DNA of 64,000 bases from Octopus vulgaris (lineage: Eukaryota). Below are positions 34,889 through 47,818 of this stretch, one piece after another. The notes beneath the pieces are model-generated. The model was not told the DNA's origin and searched no databases. It worked only from the letters and a program-made list of their open reading frames with translations. How positions within the stretch are numbered: the first letter of the stretch is position 1; each line of letters starts with the position of its first letter. The DNA lies in assembly GCA_951406725.2 (NCBI GenBank), contig OX597827.1, positions 34,596,001 through 34,660,000 of the forward strand, read 5' to 3'. The position numbers and the translations under genes were made by a program.

Positions 34889-36244
34889 TCAGTCACTGGG
34901 CTGAGTATGAGAGGAGGTTGTTTGTCCTTGGGTGCTGGAGTCAGTAATCTTTGGGTTCATATTTGACTGGTTTGACATGCCAAGCCCTGCTGCAGGGAAC
35001 ATTTGCAGAGCATGATAAATATGTGTGGTGTTACCTGGCACTTGAATAGAAGGGAAAATCTGAGCAATTGGATACATTGGTGTAGCAGCATTCTGAAATA
35101 TCTGACCACTTCCAGAGACTGCAGTTGCATTAAGAGGCTGTGATGTACCAGCAATGTTGAGTGTGTGAAGGACTTTTACTTGTTCATCATGTTGTTCATG
35201 ATGATGATGATGGTGGTGGTGGTGATGCTGATGATGATGATCATGCTGTTCCTTTTGAAATGTCTGGTTATCATCACTGCTTTCACCGTCCTTCTGCGGA
35301 ACGCAGCTCAGCTTTCGTTCCCCCTTGTTTGGTCGATTATGTCTGATAAGGTGATCATTGCGTGCAAATGCATAGCCACAGATCTTACATTTGAATGGTC
35401 TCTCACCAGTATGAATTCTCTTATGAATCTTTAGGTGGTCCTTCCTTGAAAGCGCTTTGCTACAGATGTCGCAACTGAACATCTTATCTGGTTGATGGCT
35501 GGTCATGTGGCGTATCAGGTGGTCGTTGCGTGCAAACGCATAGCCACAGGTTAGACATCGATACGGTCGCTCACCAGAGTGGATTCTCTGATGCACTTTA
35601 AGGTGGTCTCTACGAGATAGTGCTTTATTGCAGATATCGCAGGTAAATAGTTTCTGGTTGCTGTGAATACGTATATGGCGCACAAGATGGTCATTTCTGG
35701 CAAATGCAAAACCACATGTGGGGCATTTAAAAGGACGTTCTCCAGTGTGGATGCGTTTGTGCACTTTCAAGTGGTCACGTCGAGTTAAAGTCTTGTTGCA
35801 TATGTCACAGCTATAAAGTTTCTCTGGTGTAATAGCTGCTTGTGTTATTGTTGTTGCAGTTGGTGTGGTGATGGAGGTGGTGGTGGTGTTGGTGGTATTT
35901 ACATGAGAATGGCAATGATGGTGATTGTGATTGTGCTGCTGGTGATGATGATGGTGGTGATGGTGTAGGTGAGGTTGATGAGACTGATGGATGTGAAGGC
36001 CTGCATGACTGTTGGAAATGTTTGTGACGGCTTTTCCATCAACATTAGACAGGGTAGCAGAGGTTGAAACATTAGTTGTGAGAGGAATAGGGTTTGATGG
36101 TGTGACAAAAGGACCACTTCCCCACACATCATAGGGTGTGCTCTTCTCAACAGAAGAACCAGAAGTTACTGTGAAGCTGGAAGTGGCCTTGTTCTCAATA
36201 GTTTTAGAAGAGGACTCAACATCGGTATTAGCCATTGAATTCAT
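34889..36244 (-). CDS. C2H2 zinc-finger protein ZF2 (~451 aa): 6 fingers as three A/B pairs, two polyHis tracts
   Basis: The ORF track starts at a non-ATG codon (36265). The first ATG is at 36244, 2 nt after a pyrimidine-rich acceptor (ttttgctttattttaattcag|AC ATG). Fingers alternate CDICNK..RRDHLKVH and CxxCG(F/Y)AFARNDHL(V/I)RH. An upstream coding exon cannot be excluded. Confidence 0.9.
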   Translation of the reverse strand: MNSMANTDVESSSKTIENKATSSFTVTSGSSVEKSTPYDVWGSGPFVTPSNPIPLTTNVSTSATLSNVDGKAVTNISNSHAGLHIHQSHQPHLHHHHHHHHQQHNHNHHHCHSHVNTTNTTTTSITTPTATTITQAAITPEKLYSCDICNKTLTRRDHLKVHKRIHTGERPFKCPTCGFAFARNDHLVRHIRIHSNQKLFTCDICNKALSRRDHLKVHQRIHSGERPYRCLTCGYAFARNDHLIRHMTSHQPDKMFSCDICSKALSRKDHLKIHKRIHTGERPFKCKICGYAFARNDHLIRHNRPNKGERKLSCVPQKDGESSDDNQTFQKEQHDHHHQHHHHHHHHHHEQHDEQVKVLHTLNIAGTSQPLNATAVSGSGQIFQNAATPMYPIAQIFPSIQVPGNTTHIYHALQMFPAAGLGMSNQSNMNPKITDSSTQGQTTSSHTQPSD

Positions 36245-38868
36245 GTCTGAATTAAAATAAAGCAAAATGGTTTAAAATGTCATTATTAAGATTTAGTCAG
36301 TCACAATTAGATACTACATGATACCAAATACCACTACGCTGGACAGCAGATTGACTTGGTTAAAACATCAACATAATCCTCATCGCTGTTATAATCATCT
36401 TCACCATCAAAATCTTATCTTTCTTTTTTCCATTTATTTTGAATTAAGTACTTGCGTCCAATGGTTTTTTTTCCTCTTTGGTAACAGCGAATCTAAAATA
36501 AACTCTTTGACTTACAAATATGAACTTATGTCATGAAAACAGATAAGCATTGTGTTCATATCACATCGACAGCAACAAGAGTAACAACAATTAAAAAAAT
36601 ATATAAATATAACTATATATATGTATATGTGTGTGTGTGTATATATATAGAGAGAGAGGGAGAGAGAGAGAAAAATAGATACATATATAGATAGACAGAC
36701 AGAGAGAGATATTAAAAAGAATCTTAAAAATAGTACGCAAATTAGTAGCTGCAGTACTCTTGAAGCTACCAGATTTGATGTGTATATAAACAAATTCGCT
36801 ACTTGTTTCCCTGTGATTGGTCAAATGATGTAGACACCTCTGAGGAGACCCCAATAAGGGCCAAAAATTGATTAAGGTTGTCCATTATTTTTTTCAATTT
36901 ACAAAGAAACGGGTAAATTTGTCATGTTTACTGATGTGTATGTAAATACAGATTACATAAAAGAAAGTAAGGATGGGAAAGATGGTAACCTCATGTTTGA
37001 TGTTGAAAATGTAATGAAAACTTTCAAAGTTACCAAGTGGAAATGGAGTTGTACCTCTAACGATATTTTGTGGTGTGATTGTTGTTTATGTTACAGTATT
37101 TGTGCAGTTTATATTTTTAGAAAGGACACAAGGAAATGACAGTTGTATTGGTGACTAGAATATAGGGAAAGAAGCAAACCACAAAATAATAATAATAAAA
37201 AGAAAATAATTACTAAATTAGTTTATCATTCTAATTATTGCAATTAACAATAAGTATTTTAAAAAACCCTACTTTTAAAACTGCCTATCCCTGTATATTT
37301 TGCCACTTTTGTATGTGTTGTAATGATTATTTTCATTGTTATCATCGATGTTATTAGTTAATGCTTCATAACGTTTCTAATAACTTTATGATACTGTGGA
37401 ATAATATGAATAACTAAAAATGTAGCTCCCTCAGAATGTGATGTAACAATTACAAAAGATTAAACAAAATGAATAAACTGAAATGACAAGTTAGAGAGAA
37501 GTTGACAAAGCTGGTGGGGGTCAAAACATGCCATATTAGAGGATCCATTGTGGAAAACCAAAAACAAAAAAAAAATGAAGAAAAGGGCTAGAAAATGTTT
37601 CAAATTCTCAGGTTCTAAATCAACTTCAAGGTGTTCTGAAAATTGCAGAGATGGAAATATTCAGTTGAAGGTGACCGGTACCATGGTGAACCACAGACAG
37701 GAGCATAGATGGAGCCATTTGGAGATGTGGAACTCCTATAGAGAAGAAATTAAAAAAAAAAAGTATCAGTTAGAGAGCTGACATCACTATCACAAATTCA
37801 AAAATATATTTTTGTGATATTTTATGCTGCTGCATACCTCGATTAGAAGAATTTAAGGTGTAACTTGTGAGCTTCATACTCTCCTAATTTACACAGTCAG
37901 ACACACACACACATCTTTTTTGGCTTTTTTATCCCACTTGTTTCAGTCATTGGATAGTAGCCATACCAGGGCACCGCTTTGAAGACCAAATCAAACCCAG
38001 TAATTACTTTAAGTCAGGTACTTATACCAAACCTGACAAAGAACTGAGATATCTGGTGCCTTGCTGTACTCAAGAAGATCCAGCCGCCACAGCAGGACTG
38101 ATACTGGTGCCACATAAAAAGCACCAAGTACATTCTGTGGAGTAGTTGGTATTAGGAAGGGCAACCAGCCATAGAAACCATGCCAGAACAGACAATGGAA
38201 CTTGGTGTCACCCCTGGCCTTACCAGCTCCAGTCAAACCATCCAATCTATGCCAGCATGGATAATGCATGTTAAATGATGATAATGATTAAGTCAGAGGA
38301 AAATAAACAAACATCAGTCATCAAGGTGCACATTCATATGGTTAGCTTCTGCAGTTTCTCATTCACAAAACATTGATCAGCCAGAGGCTGAAGAAGACAC
38401 ATGCCCAAAGCATTATCAAATGAGATTGAATCCAGAACCATGTGGTTGTAAAACAAACTTCTTAACCACACTGCTATCCCAGTGCATGCATGAGTATGTG
38501 TGTTCATGTGTGCATTAAAATATATTTGTATGTATAAACTCTTTGTATATACTATACTCAAACAATAATTATTTAATTATTCCATAAAGATAATTACTGA
38601 AACATGAATATCATGAGATAGTCATTAGTTAGACTCATGGAATTTAAGATGCATAGGAGCATGCCTAGATTGATTTGTCTCATGGATTACCCAAATTAAA
38701 TAAGCTGTAATGATAAACCAATTATCTTCTTTGACACTACTTTTATGCTATGAGCTATGAGATAATTTCCAAAATAATCTTTTGGTAAGGTCCAAAGTTA
38801 TGGTTCATCACAATTCTATATTGTAAGTCCATGGGTGGGCTTCAGATAAACTGGTTTTTACAGAGTGA

Positions 38869-39172
38869 TATATAAGAGATAAGTTAAAATAATGGCCATT
38901 ACATATAATTCCTTTATTATAGCAAATTTAGCTTGCAGCTGTTCCCAGGATTCATTATAGATAGGTTTACTCAATTGGTCTATTGATCAACTGAGGTAAA
39001 CTGAAAGACCTAAGAAAATTAATGCTACCTTCGTCAGAGCCATTGCTGGAATAACAAATGGACCAATTGAGTAAAACTATCTATAATAACTACTGGAAAC
39101 AGTTGTAAGCCAATTTTGCTATAATAAAGGAATTATATGTAACGACCATTATTTTAACTTGCTTCTTATATA
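38869..39172. repeat. ~304-bp foldback A
   Basis: ~115-bp arms (aagttaaaataatgg..ttacatataattcctttattatagcaaa...tttactcaattggtc) with a ~65-nt spacer. Confidence 0.9.
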
Positions 39173-39186
39173 TACATATATATATA

Positions 39187-39489
39187 ATCTGAAAAGTATA
39201 GTATTATATATCCATCATGGCTGATCTTATCAATCGGTTTCGTGTAAAGAATACAATGGAGTATTAGGAAACAATCCGATTATATAACTTTACATTCATC
39301 AGAGTTAGCCGATATAGAAGGTAATGTTGACAATAGAGAGCAGTCACCATATTCCCTTCCATATTGGCTAACTCTGATGAGCATAAAGTTATATTAGCAG
39401 ATTGTTACCTAACACTCCATTGTATTCTTTTCATGAAACTAATTGGTAAGATCAGCTGTGATGGATATTTAATACTATACTTTTCAGAT
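39187..39489. repeat. ~303-bp foldback B
   Basis: ~137-bp arms (atctgaaaagtatagtatta...catcagagttagcc(g/a)atat) with a ~25-30-nt loop. Confidence 0.92.
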
Positions 39490-39607
39490 AAAATAGCCAC
39501 ACTACTGACAGATGGTTGTAGATTCTAATTATATTGGAATTTGTTGGGAAAAAAATTTTTCGGATGGGGTGTGTGGAGAAGAGTTTCAGAAAATTCACAT
39601 GAGTCAG

Positions 39608-39921
39608 CTTTGTTTCCTCATAACTTTCAGAAAAATGTGTATTTTTTTAGTGAAATTTTCTACAAATATTTTCAGAGTGTGTAGGTTACAATTATATAAT
39701 TGATATGGAAAAGAAATAAAAATTATGAACACGCACACACATACCTGATAACAATTTTTTTCGAAATGTCAAGTTTTATTTTGTAGATATATGTCAGTAT
39801 GTATGTGTGCGAGTCAACCAATTTCTTTTTCATATAATCGTAATCTACACACCCTGAAGGACGTTTGTAGAAAATTTCATTAAAAAATATCTATTTTTCT
39901 GAAAGTTATAATGAAACAAAG
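39608..39921. repeat. ~314-bp foldback C
   Basis: ctttgtttc..ataactttcagaaaaat...tgaaattttctacaaa...gtgtgtag(g/a)ttac(a/g)attatat on both arms. A related degenerate copy lies at ~53980-54270. Confidence 0.85.
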
Positions 39922-39953
39922 TCGAAGGGAGGACACGCTTGTGTAAATATGCC

Positions 39954-40013
<60 letters not shown>

Positions 40014-40849
40014 CATACATACATACATATATTATTGTGAGGATATATATATACCTCATAAAGGGAATTGGAATTTTATAAATAAATTGATGTCTGTCTG
40101 TCGATTTCTTTATTTTATTTTCTTTTACACACAAACACACATATATAGTAGGTCATAATTTCATTCGGATGTTAACCCTGGAGTTTATTTTATTAAGCTC
40201 ACCCACGGATCCAGTCTATCAAACACACAATAATCCGGAGATTGTTTTATCAAACACATGCCTAAAAATCCACAAATATCCTTAGAGGTTTTACAATTAT
40301 AAACAAGGGGAATGGAGTGAGCAAATCTTTTTATATTGCATTATAAATACATTTGGCACAATGACGTAGCGTGGGTTTCAGTCACACTTTGAGAGATTTC
40401 TAAATATGTTTGACGTTTAAAAAGAATATTACTAAGTAGAGAATAGAGAATCAGATTCCCATGCAAATGATATAGAAGTTTACGAAATAGAAAAACTTTT
40501 AAATGTTATTTATTTTTGCAATCATAATTATCCTCCCCCAGCATATTATCATCAAAGCGCTAAAAAAGTCTGAAAGTGGAACCTGGGAGATCGAGTGCAA
40601 CAGATATCCAATATTTTTTCTGTTATTTTGAGTTCAACTCTCACTAAGGTTAAAACTTTCCTTTCCCCTCCTCAACTCGTTGGAGAAGAAATAATATCCT
40701 ATATTTAGTTGATTTTATCACTATATCCTTCCCATATTAACACAAATCAATATTGTCAAATGAAATGTTTACAATTATTATTTTATTGCTGTGTTATAAC
40801 TGCTGTGGCAAATAAAGAAATCCTAAATAATTCATGCAGCTGGGGAAAG

Positions 40850-41600
40850 TACAAGAGTCGTAACATACTGTCGTGTCTACCACACCGAATCTGCGACGTC
40901 GTTTCGATTCCAGGTGAAGTCATTCCATTTCAGTTACTGTGAGTTAGCGAAATTACACGAATACTACATTCATTTCCCGCTCCAAATTATTAATGTTATT
41001 ATCATTATTATAATCTTTTTTAAAATTATAATCTTCAAAATAAACTATAACTATGATTATTGTTGTTATTTCCAAGATTCATTTTGCTCAGTGAAAGGTG
41101 ACAGTAGAGGGATGGAGACAGTGTGTATAGGAAAATTCAGTAAAACCTAAGATGCCATTTGACAACTACTGGGACAGTGAATCTTAGAGATTATGTGAGT
41201 CGATTATGGGACACAGTGAATATGGAATGAGTACGGGGAAATATTAAAATAAACTCGAAAAAATACAGCACCTTGAGTATAAAACGGCTCCATCAAAGGC
41301 GTTCAAGGTATCAGACGGTGTATTCGTAGTGAAATCTCTTCTAAATAGAATGTCTTACAAGTGTTATTCACGTCCAAATCTGTTTCGCGCTCAGCATCTT
41401 TTTTTTTTTTTTTTTACCTTTATCATTTTCTGGCAGTAACCATTGTGACAAGAATATTCACGGCTTCTGGATATTACTGCTACCAGAAAAATCAGGAGAT
41501 ATGTTGTACGCGTTTTTAAATAGCTATTATTTCTGAATTACCACATCTTTGAATCTACCGATACAATAATGGAACCTCTCGACTACGAAAAGAGTGGCCA
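40850..41600 (-). promoter_or_regulatory. Candidate promoter or first-exon region of ZF2
   Basis: CpG-retaining unique sequence upstream of ZF2. Possible minus-strand donor AAG|GTAAAA near 41417. Inference only. Confidence 0.3.
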
Positions 41601-43205
41601 AATGTCTATCAATACACAGCTCTACCATCTTTTAAAAAGAAACAAATATTGTTTAGTATCGATAATTTTAGGTTTAGCAATATATAAAACGGAATGTACC
41701 CTTAACTCGTATCTAACTGTGAAAACCAGTGACGATTCTTCCAAGTAACCTCTTTAAAAAGACAGGACTGTTACGGCTGCTATGTCGTTAGTGTCCTCAC
41801 TATAGTCTCCCCCACCACTGTCATCTCTTTTGTATTATAGTTCCATTGAAATCTAGGGCGCATAATACAGTTTTTGACGGATACTTTATTTTATCCATCT
41901 CAGAAGAATAAAAGGCGGCACAATTTGGTCTTAGAATAACGGGTTGTGACTAAATGTTCAGGAATTTTATCAGATGCCTTACCGAATCTTTCAATGTCAT
42001 CCAATAAGTAGTTAGTGCATTTAAGTTATTGCTTATTATAAGGATTTCATTAACCTTCACCTTAAAAACATCCAAGCCTTATGACAAAATGAAATCATAA
42101 CATCGGAAATGGAGATAGTAATGATGAAGGCTATGATCAGTTGGCGGTTTTGAAGAAAGGGCATCAAAACAAATTTATTTCTTGTATAAGATTTTACTCT
42201 TATCATTTCTCGGTTCGTTCTGTAGTTCGTTTTTCTTGTCTCTAAGTCTGTAATCCATGCATGGGCAAACTTTTTCGGGAAGTGGACCACATGATACGAG
42301 GTTCATCATCAGGTGAACCGCCCATCTAAAAATAATTCTGAAGTAATTTTTCATTTGGCGTGACATTCAGAAAGTCCCGCAGGCTACATTTTGCCCATGA
42401 ATGATGTAATTGCTCCCTTCATCTCGTGTCTTTTCTTAAAGTTTCCTTGTGTCTGTGGTCAAGGTACTTGCTCATAATCCTGTTTATTTATTTATAAAAT
42501 AAGAACCACTGAATGGAAATTGCATATTCAATTGCTTAGTTCCTTTTCTTGTTCATATTATTGTTTAAACCTATGTCAGCTCTAATCAAAGTATTCCAGC
42601 GATGACCATCCAACCCCCTTGCGAGCATAGTGTGCCTCAAATTATATTAACCAATGATTTATTTTGAAGGAGAGATTACTATTTCTAGCAAGCTAAGCTA
42701 CCCACATAGGAGCCTTTTCATTGACTAAAATTTCTTTTGTCTCTGTTCAAAGAGGTAATTTCAGAGAAGTTTCTGAAGAATGATCAGGCAGCATTAGTTT
42801 ACACAGAAGAGGAACTTCAAGCGTAACTCAATGTTTTGTTATATTTCTCTTTGCTCTTCATAATTTTGTATCGCAATAAGCTGAGTTAGACCAACATTCT
42901 AGCACAGCGTAAAATAATAGTCTGCATGCTGCCGACTGTTTTATACTTCTTGGTTTTTACCACAATCAAGCTATAATGTTTTTGAAAGGTATCTATAGGA
43001 AGTACATGGCCCTGATATACTTTTCTATGCCTTTAAAATGGATACATCACAATAATTATTTGACAAAAATTTGACATTTATTATGCACTCCAAGAAATTT
43101 CGGTAAATTTTCTCAATTCAAAGTTATTTTGTTTAGCCTGCGCCAGTGTTTGCACTGAAGCCATAGGAGAAGGGGATTAATAATTTCTGATTTTTCTTTG
43201 TTTTA

Positions 43206-43478
43206 TAATAATAATAATAATAATAATGAAATTATTGTATACAGTGCTCAGGTGCACCACAACTTGTCAGAAAGTGCATATAAAGTACATGCAGTAATGT
43301 AGAAATGTCTGGAAAGCGAACAATGTATGAGTCAGATACATGCCTGTGTGTGTATGGAGGGGAGAAAATCAGGTGTAGTGTTGGCGAATCTCAGGAAGCA
43401 TGGAAGTTTTGAAGGATGCAGTGCTCCGACAACTAACAACTGATGCCGGCAGTTTGTTCCATGGTTCAGCAACTCTCC
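43206..43478 (-). mobile_element. CR1/L2-type LINE 3' fragment with (TTA)n tail
   Basis: Minus strand translates RVAEPWNKLPASVVSCRSTASFKTS, like the CR1-group ORF2 C-terminus (RV...WN.LP..VV......FK), followed by a short 3'UTR and a trinucleotide tail. Confidence 0.7.
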
Positions 43479-44538
43479 GTACCTGTTTGAAACCGTTATT
43501 TTACAAGTATTGCATCGTCGTTTTGTACTGTTGCATCATCTCTAAGAGTAAAAATTGGCCAGCATAGTGGTTGTTGAAGTTGAGTTCGAAACATAGGTAA
43601 CAGATACTTTTTTTTTCAATAAATTTTTCTTCGGCTTTGGCCTAATTGAGGTTACTAACAAGATATCTGGATAATTTTTGGTGTTTAACAATCAAAATTC
43701 TTTTCTCTGTTGGATTCCTGGTCAATTTTCCCCCCACACTAATGTCTAATTCGATAATTTTCAATTTCTCAAAGAATGATGTCAAAAAATGGGGGCAAAA
43801 TAAGTATTGACTAATTTCAGTAATTTCTTATCCTTAACTGCATGGTGGGTAAATATACCAGGAAAAGAGCCACACCAGTAGATCGTGTAGAAGTAAGAGA
43901 GAATATTTTATGTTGAGTTTTTAGATTTAGTCAAGTTTCGTTAGTTTCTTATGATGTGCCATTTTTCATAACCCTCTTTCATGTGACCCAAATATTATAA
44001 ATTTTTGTTGCTTTTCTGATCTTTATGATGTTCAAGGATGGATATTGATTTGTACGAGTGTTTTTCAAATGTAATTCTGGAGAAACGAAGAGGCAAATTT
44101 ATCTTTTGTCTTACTTATTTTGCCCCATCTAAATTTGTCTTTTGTATGCTCAAACAGAACGGAAATAATTTTATGAGAACGTGTTGTGAATATGCTATAA
44201 TGTTTTTAATGTATTTTAAAGAAGGTAATTTTCTTAGCTAATGTAGTTTTTGTAAGGTAGTGAACATATGTAAAAAAATTTTTTTTCCTCAAAGTCAAAA
44301 ATGCAGTAAATACTACTCTTTCCTTTCTTTATAAAAGTTTTAGAGAAACATGAATGACGAGTGAATTACAAAACGATGACAATGTTTAAAAAATCGGCTA
44401 TTTACAATTACTACATGAAGAAATATAACTAAATATACTTATATTGTATGAACACAATTATTGCTATTATACTTTTGTCTGGCAAGAGATTTTATCTGAA
44501 ATGAGTATAAGACGTTTTGGCACCGCCTATTTGATATT

Positions 44539-44672
44539 CTTTTCTTCTCTAGGTACAAGTACTGAAATTTTGGGGGAGGGAGCCAGTCGATTAGATCGAC
44601 CCCAGTACGCACTGATACTTATTTTATCGACCCTGAAAGGATGAAAGGCAAAGTCGACCTCGGCGGAATTTG
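44539..44672 (-). mobile_element. SINE family B, young 5'-truncated copy with 17-bp TSD
   Basis: accgcctatttgatatt at 44522-44538 and 44673-44689. CpGs are intact. Confidence 0.88.
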
Positions 44673-44860
44673 ACCGCCTATTTGATATTGCTGATTCGAT
44701 TCCGACTTATTTCATAGACATTTTAATGCTTCTCTTCTTCTCTCTCAACGCCCCCTTTTTATCTACGTTTATTCGGTGTTTGGGTTAAATTTAACGATGA
44801 GGAAAAATTAACTTACATGGAGGAATGGAAGCTATCTGAATATTGGAAAAGAGTTACCTG

Positions 44861-45275
44861 GGATCTTTTCGGTTTGAACGGCAGTTTTTTTTAAATAATT
44901 TCCACGTAACTAAACACTTTTAACCTTCGTATACTGGTAGAATGTGTTTATAAAACATCTTTTTCTCTTGGCTTTATTGAGAAAATTCTATTGTTTGTAA
45001 GATATTTGTTGTTTTTTTCTTCAGTTTCTGCAATTTCAACCAATCAATGACGTCTATTGAGGTGAAAACATTCTGTGCCGTATGAATATGTCCCTCGTTT
45101 AAGAAACAGATTGGGTTTATTTACATTTGTGAAGAAAAGAAGATACCCTTCCCCCACCCTAACCCTAATCCTAAAACTGATTGAAATGCAATAGATCGAT
45201 ACTAGGGTCATAATTATGGGTAACAATTTCATATGACACCGCTAGAAAAAACTGCCGTTCAAACCGAAAAGATCC
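44861..45275. mobile_element. ~415-bp MITE with ~29-bp TIRs, copy 1
   Basis: ggatcttttcggtttgaacggcagttttt ... aaaaactgccgttcaaaccgaaaagatcc. Internal ccctaaccctaa motif. Confidence 0.9.
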
Positions 45276-46264
45276 CTTGTGTGGAATAAAACAATTTTGT
45301 TTCATAGAATAGGTATCAGAATTTTTAAAAAAAATAAAGTACTGGGTTAATTTAAAGACACTGACATAGCTTGGCTGCAATCCAATGACTGAAACAAGTA
45401 AAAGAATACAAGAGTAAAAGACAGTTACTTGTGATTGGCAGCTGTAATTGATGTACACTGGATTAAGCTTAAAATAACAGAACAGCTCCCAGACATCAGT
45501 TGTGAGACATTGATGATTCTACTACATGATATAGCTTTAAGCTGTCATGTTGATTATCTAGGTTTTGCTTATTTCATGGGTGTTCTGACTGACTTGAAAC
45601 AGTTTATAGGAGAGAGGGAAGCTACACTGTTGGCAGAAAGTGAAAGAGAAAGGAAGAAGAAGGATACACTGTGGACAAAGAGAGAGAGGTGGGGAGAGAA
45701 AGAAAGTGAGTGAAAGAATAGGTGCTAAATATTTACTTTTCCTATGCATTGATACACGTAGTCACTTGATATTCAATGATCAAAGATCAAAGGTAGCTTA
45801 CCTGGGAGTGACTGCATTATTTAGATGCATGATATAATGTTTCTTATTGGTGAGGTTTTAAAACTTACATATTGCAGAGATCTCTACACTACTTGATAAT
45901 ATGAAGGTTACATGCACATGTGCATGCTCTCTTTCTCTCTCACACATACACACACACCATCATCACCACTACTGCCGCCATCATCATCATCTTCATCATC
46001 AACAACATTATTATCATCATCATCATTTTGTGTCTGCTTTTCAATGGTGGCATAAGTCACATGCAACTCACTAAGATCCAGCTACAAACAGCAACAGAAG
46101 CAATTGGCCAGCTTAGTTGTGTTTCTTACAATGCAGACTGGTTATATTTTATTAATCACTTAACACTAGAGAGGATGTCTGAGGCTATACTAAATCTCAG
46201 TCATGCCATATAACCATTCCAATTCACATTCATTTCTCTGCTAAATGAAAAGAGACTACATCTT

Positions 46265-46684
46265 GGATCTTTTCGGTTTGAATGGCAGTTTTTTTAAATA
46301 ATTTCCACATAACTAAACACTTTTAAACTTTGTATACTGGTAGAATGTGTTTATAAAACATCTTTTTCTCTTGGCTTTATTGAGAAAATTCTATTGTTTG
46401 TAAGATATTTGTTGTTTTTTTTTTTCTTCAATTTCTGCAATTTCAACCAATCAATGACATTGATTGAGGTGAAAACATTCTGTGCCGTATGAATATGTCC
46501 CTTGTTTAAGAAACATATTGGGTTTATTTACATTTGTGAAGAAAAAAAGATACCCTTCTCCCCACCCCTAACCCTAACCCTAAAACAGATTGAAATGCAA
46601 TAGATCGAGACTAGGGTCATAATTATGGGTGACAATTTCATATGACACTGCTAGAAAAAACTGCCGTTCAAACCGAAAAGATCC
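46265..46684. mobile_element. ~420-bp MITE with ~29-bp TIRs, copy 2 (same orientation)
   Basis: Near-identical to 44861-45275. Differences are mostly CpG transitions and homopolymer lengths. Confidence 0.9.
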
Positions 46685-47169
46685 AAAGCCTTTGATATAT
46701 TGTCATCATCATCACCATTTAACATCTGTTTCCCATGCGGTCATGAGCTGGACAGTTTGACATAAGTTGGTTAGTCAGAGGACTGTTCCAAGTTCCTGTG
46801 TCTGCTTTGATATAGTTTCTACTGCTGGATGCCCTTCCTGATGCCAGTCACTTTACTGAGTTTACTGGGCGCTTTTTTTATGTAGTAATGGTATTAGTGA
46901 AGCCACCAAGTAACTTGCAAGACAAGACCCATCAACTGACGTGGGTGAGGAGTATTGTGTTGAGGGGTCAGCTTTATATCAGGTGACGAGAGGTTAAAGT
47001 GTGATAGACGGATAGGAACAGGTGTCTTGCTATTGGGGAGATTCATGGTTACTCCAGTTAGGAAAGCGAGAAGATGGTGAAGATGTATCAGTGCTGCATG
47101 CCCTCAAATTACAGTAAGGTGAATGTAAGAGAAGTGGTATGGAGAATTGGACAGGTGAGATATACATTA

Positions 47170-47490
47170 GCACATGATTTAGCGGTTAGAGGTATTTGGC
47201 TCATGATTGTAAGGTCACGAGTTTGATTCCTGGTAGCACAATGTCCCCTTTAACAAGATGCTTTATTTGATGTTACTCCAGTCCACTCAGCTGATAAAAA
47301 TGAGTAGTACCTGTATTTCAAATGGTCAGCTTTATCACATTCTGTATCACATTGAATCTCCCTGAGAACTGTATCAAGGGTATGTGTCTATGGAATACTC
47401 AACCACTTGCACATTAACTTCATGAGCTGACTGTTCTGTTGATCGAATCAACTGGAACCCTCGTCATTGTAACCAACAAAGTGCCAGTTA
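47170..47490 (+). mobile_element. tRNA/CORE-like SINE with the alternative body (second copy)
   Basis: Reverse-complement similarity to 27478-27733 (tgaatctccctgagaact...tggaatactcaaccacttgcacattaacttca). Confidence 0.72.
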
Positions 47491-47505
47491 TATATATATA
47501 TATAT

Positions 47506-47818
47506 TCTTTTACTTGTTTCAGTCATGTGACTGCAGCCATGCTGGAGCACCACCTTGAGGGGTTTTAGCCAAACAAATTGACTCCAGGACTTATTTTTTA
47601 AGCCCAGTACTTATTATATCAGTCTGTTTTGCTGAACTGCAAAGTTATGGGGATGTAAACACACCAACACCAGTTGTCAAGCAGTGATGGGGGGACAAAC
47701 ACACACACATATTCATATATATATCCAAGCTTCTTTCAGTTTCCGTCTACCAAATCCACTCAGAAAGCTTTGGTCGGCCCAAAGCTATAGTATAAGACAC
47801 TTACCCAGGGTGCCACGC
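47506..47818 (-). mobile_element. SINE family A, 5'-truncated
   Basis: ttcttttacttgtttcagtcatgtgactgcagccatgctggagcac...agacacttacccagggtgccacgca. Confidence 0.8.

Noticed and set aside
36245-36265. ORF-track N-terminus MLYFNSD for ZF2
   Set aside because: It starts at a non-ATG codon inside a polypyrimidine splice acceptor.
45150-45175. Telomere or chromosome-fusion relic
   Set aside because: Only 2-3 CCCTAA units, internal to a MITE present twice.
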